Below are positions 26,548 through 35,474 of a stretch of 64,000 nucleotides of DNA, one piece after another (position 1 is the stretch's first letter; each line of letters opens with the position of its first letter). The DNA is taken from contig CBDDQA010000003.1 in assembly GCA_965232605.1 (NCBI GenBank), positions 164,556-228,555 of the forward strand, in the 5' to 3' direction. The stretch comes from an uncultured Candidatus Binatia bacterium (lineage in GTDB: Bacteria; Desulfobacterota; Binatia; Bin18). Made by a program: the position numbers and the translations under genes. A model generated the notes under the pieces. That model was not told where the DNA came from. It did not search any database and was given only the letters and a program-made list of their open reading frames with translations.

Positions 26548-28593
26548 TTATTCATGCTGCAAGAGCAAATTCCCGCTCACGTCATACTGGACTGTCCAGC
26601 CGGGCGGTACAACCACCGTGGTATCCGGTTCTTCTACAATGAGCGGGCCGCTCCGCGCCTGTTCAAGAGCGGTGCGCTGATAGACCGCGGCCTGGCATTC
26701 GCCCATCTGGGGACCGAAATACGCCGTGCGGGAGGCTGGAGACGGAGGGGTGTTCCCGGTCCCGGTCAACTCGGTGAAGCGTAAATGGCCGGAGGACGCC
26801 ACGGCTTGCAGCCGGACGCTGACCAGCTCAATCGTATCGGCCCGATCATAACCGAACGCCTGCCGGTGGGCTTGGGTGAAGAGCTGGCCCAGGCGGTCCT
26901 GCATGTCCGCGCCCGATACGTCGGGAAAAGGCAGGCTCAACTCGGCGACCTGATAGCCGTATTTGAGATCGACCTGACGCTCAAAACGAATCTGCTCCGC
27001 GGCAATGCCCTCTTCGGCCAACTCGGCCCGCGCCTGGGTCTCAAGTTCCTGGTAATGACGCAGCACGGCCTGCGTATCAAGCTGGTCCAGGGCCACGGCC
27101 ACGCTGCGGATATAATCGTGGCGATAATCCGCCAATAATAACCCAAGGGCGCTGAACAAGCCCGGGTAGAGCGGAATCTGCACCCGCTTCATACTCAGGC
27201 TGTCCGCCAGGGCCGCGGCGTGCATCGGCCCGGCTCCGCCGAATGCGATCAGGGTAAAGTCACGCGGGTCCCGACCGCGCTCGGTCGAAACGGCCCGCAG
27301 GGCACGCATCATGGTCGCGTTTGCCACCTGGGTGATGCCATAGGCTGCGGCCAGGACTTCCACATTGAGCGGTTGAGCGATTTTTTGTGCAATCGACGTC
27401 CAGGCGGCCTGACGGTCGATGGCCAGGGTCGCCCCGGCAATAGCGTCGGGGTTCATATAGCCCAGCACGACATTGGCATCAGTTACGGTAGGCTCGGTTC
27501 CGCCCCGGCCATAACAGGCCGGGCCAGGGTCCGCGCTGGCGCTCTGGGGACCGACCCGTAACGCGCCCCCGTCATCTATCCAGGCAATACTGCCGCCGCC
27601 GGCGCCCACTTCCACGATATCGAGCGAGGGGACGCGCAGGGCATGTCCACCGCCGCCGAACAAACGCGTGGTCATGGTTGCGCCCCCCCCGATCTCCCCA
27701 CCCGGCTTCTCAAGCGGCACGCCATTTTCAATCAAACAGGCTTTGGCGGTCGTCCCGCCCATGTCAAACGCGAGCACCTGATCCTGCCGCGTCTCTTGGG
27801 CGAAGCGCGCCGCAGCCAGCACGCCGGCAGCCGGACCCGACTCAATCATATACGCCGGCCGGCGCCGGGCGGCCTGGGCGCTCATGATGCCGCCGTTGGA
27901 CTGCATAATCAGAACGATCTCGCTATAGGTCGAAAGGTGTCGTTCCAGTCGGCTGAGATAGCGATCAACGACCGGAATCAGCGACGCGTTGATGACAGTC
28001 GTACTGGTGCGTTCGTACTCGCGAATCTCGGGGTGGATATCGCACGATAGACACACCACCATATCCGGAGCTACCTCAGCGATAAGCTGTCCCAACTGCC
28101 GTTCGTGCGTAGGGTTGAGATAGGAATTCACCAGGCAAACGGCAATCGCTTCCACTCCGGCGGCCAGAAGCTGGTCGATCACCGCTCGGGCTTGCGTCGG
28201 ATCGAGCGGGCGCTCAATATGGCCGTTGCCCAGGATGCGCTCCTGGACTTCCAAACGCAGGGAACGGGGCACGAGAGGCGGCAGGCGGTCCCAGTCCGCG
28301 TCATAGATATTGGGCCGGCGCTGCCCGCGCATTTCGAGCTCGTCCCGAAAGCCCTGGGTGGTAATCAGGCCGGTCCGCGCGGTGGTGTCTTCGATGACGG
28401 CGTTCGAGGCAATGGTCGTGCCGTGGACAAAGCCCTCAACCTGGGCCGACGCATCGACCTCACGCACGCAGCGGACGATATCTTCGCCCACTCGGTCGAG
28501 CAGCGAGAGCACTTTTGTGGTGAACAGGCGTCCGTCGTCGTCAACCACAATTACATCGGTGAAGGTGCCGCCAATATCAAAGCCTATACGCAT
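26548..28593 (-). CDS. Hydantoinase/oxoprolinase A (ATP-binding) subunit
   Basis: DIGGTFTD, HGTTIASN, EYERTSTT, ESGPAAG, DMGGTT and GAGGGS motifs. Confidence 0.95.
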   Translation of the reverse strand: MRIGFDIGGTFTDVIVVDDDGRLFTTKVLSLLDRVGEDIVRCVREVDASAQVEGFVHGTTIASNAVIEDTTARTGLITTQGFRDELEMRGQRRPNIYDADWDRLPPLVPRSLRLEVQERILGNGHIERPLDPTQARAVIDQLLAAGVEAIAVCLVNSYLNPTHERQLGQLIAEVAPDMVVCLSCDIHPEIREYERTSTTVINASLIPVVDRYLSRLERHLSTYSEIVLIMQSNGGIMSAQAARRRPAYMIESGPAAGVLAAARFAQETRQDQVLAFDMGGTTAKACLIENGVPLEKPGGEIGGGATMTTRLFGGGGHALRVPSLDIVEVGAGGGSIAWIDDGGALRVGPQSASADPGPACYGRGGTEPTVTDANVVLGYMNPDAIAGATLAIDRQAAWTSIAQKIAQPLNVEVLAAAYGITQVANATMMRALRAVSTERGRDPRDFTLIAFGGAGPMHAAALADSLSMKRVQIPLYPGLFSALGLLLADYRHDYIRSVAVALDQLDTQAVLRHYQELETQARAELAEEGIAAEQIRFERQVDLKYGYQVAELSLPFPDVSGADMQDRLGQLFTQAHRQAFGYDRADTIELVSVRLQAVASSGHLRFTELTGTGNTPPSPASRTAYFGPQMGECQAAVYQRTALEQARSGPLIVEEPDTTVVVPPGWTVQYDVSGNLLLQHE

Positions 28594-28659
28594 GGGGAGC
28601 CTATACCATATCGAATCGTCTATCCAAACGGTGTATGGTCGGCATGGCTGCCGGACGGA

Positions 28660-28749
28660 CCCCTCACCCGGCCTTCGGCCACCCTCTCCCTCAAGGGGAG
28701 AGGGAAAAAAGGAGCCCCTCTCCCGCTGGGAGAGGGGTTGGGGTGAGGG
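28660..28749. repeat. Family-B hairpin doublet
   Basis: CCCCTCACCCGGCCTTCGGCCACCCTCTCCCTCAAGGGGAGAGGG...CCCTCTCCCGCTGGGAGAGGGGTTGGGGTGAGGG. Confidence 0.8.
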
Positions 28750-28813
28750 AAAAACCGCCGGACCATTTCACTCCTGCCCCCGACTGGACCCCCCGTGTGT
28801 CAACACACGGCAT

Positions 28814-30541
28814 TCAAACCGACCGACGAGCGGTCCGCAGCGCCTCGGTTTCCGGCATATTGACCGCAGCCGCGGCCGTATCGATCACCACCCCATACTG
28901 ATCTCGCGCCTGCGCGGCAGACAGCTTTTCGTCCTGCACGTCGGCCAGCACCCGGGCCGGGTCGCGCTCCAAGGGATTGCCGTGTCCGCCCGAGCCGGAC
29001 ACAACGTGGTGAATGCGGTCGCCCGGCTTGACCGCCATGTGCAGATGGGCCTTGCGCGGCAGTTCCCGACCCTCGGCTTCAGGATTCAGAATGTTCTTGG
29101 ACAGCGAACCGGGCGCGCCCCCGGCCAGCCCCCCGGAGGCGCGCATGAGACGGTTGGTGCGGACCATGACTTGGCCGGGGCTCAGGAAACGCCACTGTTT
29201 ATAGATGGACACCGAGCCGCGGTGCTTGCCGGCGCCGCCCGTATCCGGCACATAGCCAAACCCGTCAACGACCAGTGGGAATTCACGTTCGAGCAGTTCC
29301 GCCGGAATCGTTCCGTACGACCCGAAGGCCATGGGCGCCACGCCATCAATCCCGTCCTTGTGCGGCCGTCCGCCCCAGCCGCCAAAGAAAATATCCATGA
29401 CCGCAAACGGCGTCCCGTCTTCTCTCTCACCAGTGAAGTGCAACACGTCCCCACCCTCTCCGGGGATGGGCACCCGGTCGGGCAGGGCTTGGGCCAGGGC
29501 ACGAAACAGCATATCGAACACCCGAAAGAATAAGGGTGCGCGGCCACCGACCGCGGCCGGAAAGCGCGGGTTGACCAGGGTACCGAGTGGTGCAACGACC
29601 TGTATGGGCCGAATGAAGCCGACGTTGGTCAACACCTCCGGGCTGACAATGCTCTTGACCGCGCCATAAACCGTCGCTTCCGTCATGCTCAGCGGCAAAT
29701 TGATAGCGCCGCGCGCCTGCGGGCCGGTGCCGGTGAAATCAACGCTCAGGGTTTCGCCCTGGGCGCGCAGCGTCACCTTGAGCGGCAGGGCCACACCGTC
29801 GGAGCCGAAACCATCGTCCTCAAAGGCGTCCTCATACACATACTCGCCCGGAGGAATCTCTGTGATAGCCGCCCGGGTGGCCTTTTCCGCATAGCTGATC
29901 AAATAGTCACAGCACGAGTTGAAGGTGTCCAGGCCGTATTTTTCGAGCAGACGTTTCAGTTCCTGCTCGCCGCGCCAGCAGCCGGCGATTTTCGCCTCCA
30001 CGTCTCCCAGCCATTCGTCGGACACCCGGACGTTGGCCAGAATCGTCTCCAGCAGGGCGTCGTTCCGCTCCCCCCCTTTGTACAGTTTGATCGGCGGCAG
30101 GCGGAGCCCTTCTTCAAAGGTCTCGGTACACTGGCTGCTGAACCCGCCCGGAAAGCGCCCGCCAATATCGGTATGGTGCGAATAGGCCAGAGTGAAGGCG
30201 ACCCGCCGCCCCAGCCAGAACGTGGGCGCAATAATCATCACGTCCGGCATATGGGTAACACCGGCATACGGGTCGTTCACCACAATGACATCGCCGGGCG
30301 CGAAGTCGTTCCCGTATTTTTTGAGGATGTGGGGCATGACCGCAATAAAGAAGGCGAGTTGAAACGGAGCGGCATAGCCCTGACCGACTAACCGGCCCTG
30401 GCCGTCGCAGATAGCGGTGGCAAAATCTCCGGTTTTGACCATAGGCGAGCGGCCGGTTTTCCACACCGCAATCGCCATTTCTTCGGTAATGGCGGCCAAC
30501 TCGTTTTTCACCACCTCAACCAGAACAGGATCAAATGCCAT
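28814..30541 (-). CDS. Hydantoinase B/oxoprolinase subunit
   Basis: DPVLVEV, NDPYAGVTHMPD, HHTDIGG, EEGL, DTGGAGKHRG and GGHGNP motifs. Confidence 0.95.
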   Translation of the reverse strand: MAFDPVLVEVVKNELAAITEEMAIAVWKTGRSPMVKTGDFATAICDGQGRLVGQGYAAPFQLAFFIAVMPHILKKYGNDFAPGDVIVVNDPYAGVTHMPDVMIIAPTFWLGRRVAFTLAYSHHTDIGGRFPGGFSSQCTETFEEGLRLPPIKLYKGGERNDALLETILANVRVSDEWLGDVEAKIAGCWRGEQELKRLLEKYGLDTFNSCCDYLISYAEKATRAAITEIPPGEYVYEDAFEDDGFGSDGVALPLKVTLRAQGETLSVDFTGTGPQARGAINLPLSMTEATVYGAVKSIVSPEVLTNVGFIRPIQVVAPLGTLVNPRFPAAVGGRAPLFFRVFDMLFRALAQALPDRVPIPGEGGDVLHFTGEREDGTPFAVMDIFFGGWGGRPHKDGIDGVAPMAFGSYGTIPAELLEREFPLVVDGFGYVPDTGGAGKHRGSVSIYKQWRFLSPGQVMVRTNRLMRASGGLAGGAPGSLSKNILNPEAEGRELPRKAHLHMAVKPGDRIHHVVSGSGGHGNPLERDPARVLADVQDEKLSAAQARDQYGVVIDTAAAAVNMPETEALRTARRSV

Positions 30542-30552
30542 AGCTCTCCTCT

Positions 30553-30601
30553 CCTTCTACCTTCTACCTTCTACCTTCTACCTTCTACCTTCTACCTTCT
30601 G
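30553..30601. repeat. Heptamer tandem repeat (CCTTCTA)x6 + CCTTCTG
   Basis: Fills the intergenic space between the two hydantoinase B genes up to the RBS. Confidence 0.92.
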
Positions 30602-30603
30602 CC

Positions 30604-32340
30604 TCACCCCTCCCGCAAGCTTGCCCGCAGTTGCGCCGTCCGCTGCCAGTCAACCCGCTCCGCGCTCCGGTCAACGGCGACCCCGTATTCCCGCTCGGCA
30701 TACGTGGCTGAGATTTTCTCGTCCAACACGTCGTCGAGGACGCGCTGAGGGTCCCGCACGAGCGGGTCACCATAGCCGCCCGCGCCCGGTTGGACATGCA
30801 GCAGGGTTTGTCCGGCTTGTACTGCGGTATCAATGAGCATTTCGGACGGGAGTGGGGTTTCCACCTCGCCGGAGCGCAGCCTGGCGGCAAACGGGGTGCC
30901 GTCCTTTCCGCCGGCCAGCCCATACGGAACGGATTTGACCCGGCAGGTTCGGAGCATCACCCGACCGTCGCCCAGAAAACGCCATTTGCGATATACGGAC
31001 AGAGCGCCGCGGTATTGGCCCGGACCGCCGGTATCCGGCAAAAAGCCGAAACCGTCCAGCATGACCGGACATTCGCGCTCGATCATTTCCGCGGGAATGC
31101 TGCGCATGGCGCCGCCGGCAGCCATAGGCGTGACACCTTCCACACCGTCGCTATCGGGCCGCGCACCCCAGCCTGAGGTGTAGATATCCAGCAGCATGGA
31201 CGGCACGCCGGCCTCGACCTGGGGCGTATACACCAGCAAATTCGCCCCGCCCTCGCCCGCGGCGTAGACTTTGTCGGGAATGGCCTGGGCCAGGGCGGCA
31301 AAGATCATGTCGATAATCCGCCACATCAGCATCCCGCGCGCGCCGACCGCGCCGGGAAATTGCGGATTGACCACACAGCCCTCAGGCGCAGTGACCTGAA
31401 TGGGGGCCATCAGCCCCGAGTTTGCCGGCGCATCCGTCTCAAGAATGGACCGAAAGGCCACGTACACACAGGCACGGGTGAGATTAAAGGGGACGTTGAT
31501 CGCGCTGCGAACCTGGGGGCCGGTGCCGTCAAAGTCCACCCGGACGGACTCGCCGGCAACGGTCACCGCGAGACGCAGGCTGACCCCCTCCCCGCCCAGG
31601 CCGTCATCTTCAAACAGGTCCGTACACGCATACGAGCCGTCCGGGATAGCGGCAATACAGGCCCGCATGGCCCGTTCGCTGTACTGGCGCAGCTGTGCGT
31701 TGCAGGCTGCAAATTGTTCCAGCCCGTGACGGTCAAGCAGTTCCCGGACTCCCTGCGCGCCACGCCGACAGGCCGCGGCCTGGGCGTCCAGGTCGCCGCG
31801 CACATCCTCGGGCGCCCGGACGTTGGCGGCAATCATCTCAACCAGGTCGTGATTCAGCTCACCCTGGCTGAAGAGTTTGACCCCCGGAATACACACCCCT
31901 TCTTCGTAGACTTCGGCGCTGGCTATGCCCATACCGCCGGGGAAGCGCCCGCCAATATCGGTGTGGTGTTCCACGATGGCCGCAAAGCCGACCAGTTGTT
32001 CCTGCCAGAAAATCGGCATGATCAGAACGATGTCCGGGAAGTGCGACACCCCGCCGTAGGGATCGTTTGAGACAATCACATCGCCGGGGTGGAGGTCGTC
32101 GCCAAATTTCTTCAGCACCCACGGCATGACCCCCATGATGTAGCCCAGGTGGACGCCGATGGTCAGGCCCTGGGCGATCAGCCGGCCCTGGGCATCGACC
32201 AGCGCGGTAGAAAAATCAGAGCCTTCCTTGGCCCCCAGCGAGCGCGCCGTCCGCTTCATGGTAATGCCCATTTCTTCGGCGACCGCGGTCAACTCGTTTT
32301 TCATGACTTCGATCAGAATGGGGTCAAATGCGCCTGGCAT
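30604..32340 (-). CDS. Hydantoinase B/oxoprolinase subunit, tandem paralog
   Basis: DPILIEV, NDPYGGVSHFPD, HHTDIGG, DTGGPGQYRG and GGYGDP motifs. Confidence 0.95.
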   Translation of the reverse strand: MPGAFDPILIEVMKNELTAVAEEMGITMKRTARSLGAKEGSDFSTALVDAQGRLIAQGLTIGVHLGYIMGVMPWVLKKFGDDLHPGDVIVSNDPYGGVSHFPDIVLIMPIFWQEQLVGFAAIVEHHTDIGGRFPGGMGIASAEVYEEGVCIPGVKLFSQGELNHDLVEMIAANVRAPEDVRGDLDAQAAACRRGAQGVRELLDRHGLEQFAACNAQLRQYSERAMRACIAAIPDGSYACTDLFEDDGLGGEGVSLRLAVTVAGESVRVDFDGTGPQVRSAINVPFNLTRACVYVAFRSILETDAPANSGLMAPIQVTAPEGCVVNPQFPGAVGARGMLMWRIIDMIFAALAQAIPDKVYAAGEGGANLLVYTPQVEAGVPSMLLDIYTSGWGARPDSDGVEGVTPMAAGGAMRSIPAEMIERECPVMLDGFGFLPDTGGPGQYRGALSVYRKWRFLGDGRVMLRTCRVKSVPYGLAGGKDGTPFAARLRSGEVETPLPSEMLIDTAVQAGQTLLHVQPGAGGYGDPLVRDPQRVLDDVLDEKISATYAEREYGVAVDRSAERVDWQRTAQLRASLREG

Positions 32341-32364
32341 GAATCTTCTTCCTTCACGTGCCTC

Positions 32365-32595
32365 TCATGCGGCTGAAAGTTCGCGCACATGCAAAATTTC
32401 TCGCTCTCGCATGAGGCGAATGTCGGATGGGGTCAGCGTTAGTAGTGCTATCATCTTCCCTTCTGCTGTCACAAACTCAACCTCAAGCCCTTGACCATCC
32501 CGGTAGCAATGCACCACAACGCCGATATCGCCTTCCTTGAGGCCATGATTTTCAACATTATGAGTCAGAACGACCGTATCAAGCTCTTGGAACAT
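32365..32595 (-). CDS. DUF4926 family protein (TA-associated, orphan)
   Basis: ELDTVVLT..HGLKEGDIGVVVH.Y...LEVEF...G...L pattern; lower GC than its neighbours. Confidence 0.82.
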   Translation of the reverse strand: MFQELDTVVLTHNVENHGLKEGDIGVVVHCYRDGQGLEVEFVTAEGKMIALLTLTPSDIRLMREREILHVRELSAA

Positions 32596-32668
32596 GGATT
32601 CCTTCCTCTTCTCCAGAATGGGGACGTATGATGCAGATTATGTGGCGGCCTCTACGAGCAGCCGGCCA

Positions 32669-32766
32669 CCCCTCACCCTAGCCCCCGGCTCAAGTCCGGG
32701 GCATTCCCTCTCCCCCAAGGGGAGAGGGAATGCGTCTTGTAGGGGCAACCCCCTGTGGTTGCCCGG
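32669..32766 (+). repeat. Composite repeat, left arm (Family-B hairpin + nested CCCCGG-TCAAGT-CCGGGG + GTAG REP)
   Basis: Near reverse complement of 35355-35449. Confidence 0.88.
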
Positions 32767-32783
32767 CCTCTTGTATTGGGTAC

Positions 32784-34871
32784 TCACTTGACGACCTGCA
32801 AGACGATATTCCCATACGCATCGACACGCGCCTGCCAGCCCGGCGGGACGACAACCGTGGTGTCGAACTCTTCGACAATAACGGGACCGACGACAGCCTG
32901 TTCGAGCAGGTCCCCTCGGCTCAGAATCCGGGTATCAAGTTCACCCTGCTGCGGGCCGAAATACGCGCGTCGGGAGCCCGGCTGGGCGGCCTTTTTTGCC
33001 GATTGCCTGAAATACCCGCCCAATTCGCCGAAGGACAGGCTCGGCGTCTGGACGGTTGCCTTCAGGCGGACGCTGACGATGGCAATGGTATCGTCTTCAC
33101 GGCGGTATCCATAGGTTTGTTCATGCGCGGTATGAAAGCGGTCGGTCAGTATCCGCCGGAGGTCAGCGGCCTCGACCTGAGCCGGCAGCGTCAGGGTCAG
33201 TTCCGACGACTGGCGCTGATAGCGCAGGTCGATCAGGCGTTCATAGCTGAGACCGTCCTGCTCGCTGTGAACATCCTGCTCCGCGCGGGCTGCCAGCGCG
33301 TCAAATTCCCGGAGCAGCGCCGCGGGATCAACCGCATCCAATTCCTGCGGCACGCTCTGCACGTAGTCGGAGCGCAGGTCGGCCACCAACAGGCCCAGCG
33401 CGCTGAACACCCCAGGGAAAAGCGGAATATACACCCGCGCCATGCCCAGATTATCGGCCAGCGTCGCCGCGTGCAGCGGACCTGAGCCCCCGAAGGCGAT
33501 CAGCGTGAACTCACGCGGGTCACGGCCTCGTTCGGTCGTGACCGCGCGGATGGCGCGCGTCATGGTCGCGTCAGCTACCTGATGAATCCCAAAGGCCAGC
33601 TCGTGAACCGACAGACCGAGACGTGCGCCCAGCCGCGTCTGTATGGCGGTCTGTGCCGCAGTGGCATCAATGGGGACGGTCCCACCGGCGATGCTGGCCG
33701 GGTTCATATATCCCAGGACCACGTTGGCGTCGGTAATGGTTGGTTCGGTTCCGCCCCGGCCATAGCAGGCCGGTCCGGGGACGGCGCCGGCGCTACGGGG
33801 ACCGACGCGCAGCGCGCCACCGTCGTCTACCCAGGCCAGGCTGCCGCCGCCCGCGCCGACCTCGACAATATCGTAGGCGGGAACGCGCAGCGCATAACCG
33901 GCTCCCTTGCTCAAACGCCCAGCGAGGTTGATGCCCGCCCCAACCTCGCCTTCCGCGGTTTCAACCGGCTGGCCGTTTTCTATCAGGCAGCCTTTGGCGG
34001 TGGTTCCGCCCATATCAAACGCTACGGCCTGAGCCAGACCGATTTCTCGCGCCAGGCCGGCCGCGGCCAGGGCGCCGGCCGCAGGACCAGATTCGATCAT
34101 GTGCACCGGGCGGTGACGGGCGTGCGCGGCGCTCATGATCCCGCCGTTGGACTGCATGATTTGCAGGGCCGGCGGATAGTGCTGCAACTGCGTTTCCAAC
34201 TGGTCCAGATAACGTCCGACCACGGGCATGAGGGAGGCGTTCAGCGCCGTGGTGGAGGTGCGTTCATACTCGCGTACCTCGGGCAGGATGTCGGCCGAGG
34301 AGCAGACCAGGACTTCCGGGAATAGCTCGCGGATAAGCGCCACGGTCTGTTGCTCATGGCTGGGATTGACGTAGGAATGCAGAAAGGCCACGGCAATGGC
34401 TTCGACCCTCTGGCGTTTGAGGCTGAGTATGGCCTGACGGACCTCTTCTTGATTGAGCGGCGTTTCCACCTCGCCGTGAACGGTCATGCGTTCGCTGACT
34501 TCGAGCCGCCGGCGGCGCGGGATCAGGGGTGGCGTGCGCTGCCAGAAAACATTGTAGACGCTGGGACGGCCCAGGCGGCGGATTTCCAATTCGTCCCGAA
34601 AGCCGGTGGTGGTAATCAGACCAGTCCGTGCGCCCTGTTCTTCCAGGACCGCATTGGAAGCGATGGTCGTACCGTGGACGAGGCTCGCCACAGGGCTCTC
34701 CGGATACTGGCGCTCGGCATCGGCAATACAGCGCCCAAGGTCTGCGCCAACAGAATCGGGCAGGGTCAGAATTTTATAGGTCAGGAGTTGGCCGCCGCCG
34801 CCAGCTATGACGACATCGGTGAAGGTGCCGCCAATGTCAAAGGCAACGCGCAGGCTGGCGGGAGTAGACAT
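32784..34871 (-). CDS. Hydantoinase/oxoprolinase A (ATP-binding) subunit
   Basis: DIGGTFTD, HGTTIASN, ESGPAAG, DMGGTT and GAGGGS motifs. Confidence 0.95.
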   Translation of the reverse strand: MSTPASLRVAFDIGGTFTDVVIAGGGGQLLTYKILTLPDSVGADLGRCIADAERQYPESPVASLVHGTTIASNAVLEEQGARTGLITTTGFRDELEIRRLGRPSVYNVFWQRTPPLIPRRRRLEVSERMTVHGEVETPLNQEEVRQAILSLKRQRVEAIAVAFLHSYVNPSHEQQTVALIRELFPEVLVCSSADILPEVREYERTSTTALNASLMPVVGRYLDQLETQLQHYPPALQIMQSNGGIMSAAHARHRPVHMIESGPAAGALAAAGLAREIGLAQAVAFDMGGTTAKGCLIENGQPVETAEGEVGAGINLAGRLSKGAGYALRVPAYDIVEVGAGGGSLAWVDDGGALRVGPRSAGAVPGPACYGRGGTEPTITDANVVLGYMNPASIAGGTVPIDATAAQTAIQTRLGARLGLSVHELAFGIHQVADATMTRAIRAVTTERGRDPREFTLIAFGGSGPLHAATLADNLGMARVYIPLFPGVFSALGLLVADLRSDYVQSVPQELDAVDPAALLREFDALAARAEQDVHSEQDGLSYERLIDLRYQRQSSELTLTLPAQVEAADLRRILTDRFHTAHEQTYGYRREDDTIAIVSVRLKATVQTPSLSFGELGGYFRQSAKKAAQPGSRRAYFGPQQGELDTRILSRGDLLEQAVVGPVIVEEFDTTVVVPPGWQARVDAYGNIVLQVVK

Positions 34872-34920
34872 GCCGAGTTATGCCGGGCTCAGAGGAAGGC
34901 GAAGCGCCTACACGCCGGCC

Positions 34921-35322
34921 TCAGGCCGTGAGCAGAGCAAATGCCTCAATCTCAATGAGCAGGTCTTCAAACACCAGCGCCTGCACGCCGATGAGGGTGC
35001 TGGCCGGTGCTTTTTCCTGGGGTAGATACTGGCTGCGCACCTCACGGACCACGCCGATCATGTCTGGCGTATAATTGACGATATAGGTGTTGGTCTTCAG
35101 CACGTCGTCAAACGTGGCCCCAACCGCGGCCAGCGCCCCTTTGAGGTTTTCAAAGGTCTGGACGACCTGGGCGCGCAGGTCGCCCTTGCCCACCACCTCG
35201 TTGTTCGCGTCCAGGGCGACCTGGCCCGAAATGAAAACAATTTTTCCCTCAGTTGCGGTCACCACCTGAGAGAAGCCCGGCAAAACGGGCAGACCGGCGG
35301 GATTCAGGAATTCCTTTTCCAT
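34921..35322 (-). CDS. RidA/YjgF/UK114 family protein
   Basis: FSQVV, FISGQVA, PASTLIGV and LIEIEA motifs. Confidence 0.9.
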   Translation of the reverse strand: MEKEFLNPAGLPVLPGFSQVVTATEGKIVFISGQVALDANNEVVGKGDLRAQVVQTFENLKGALAAVGATFDDVLKTNTYIVNYTPDMIGVVREVRSQYLPQEKAPASTLIGVQALVFEDLLIEIEAFALLTA

Positions 35323-35354
35323 ACGTTTCTCCTCATGTTTATGCCCTCTGAGAA

Positions 35355-35449
35355 CCGGACAACCACAGGGGGTTGCCCCTACATTTTCTCCCTCTCCCCT
35401 TGGGGGAGAGAGCCTGCCCCGGACTTGATCCGGGGGCTGGGGTGAGGGG
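35355..35449 (-). repeat. Composite repeat, right arm (inverted)
   Basis: CCGGACAACCACAGGGGGTTGCCCCTAC...CCCTCTCCCCTTGGGGGAGAG.GCCTGCCCCGGACTTGATCCGGGGGCTGGGGTGAGGGG. Confidence 0.88.
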
Positions 35450-35474
35450 GTTTTCTTCTCTCGGTCTTTCCTTG

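Noticed and set aside
24578-29533. Long antisense ORFs (for example 24578-25822 and 28310-29533, also 40526-41863 and 43421-44527)
   Set aside because: They are shadow ORFs opposite well-supported genes in high-GC DNA, with no recognisable motifs.
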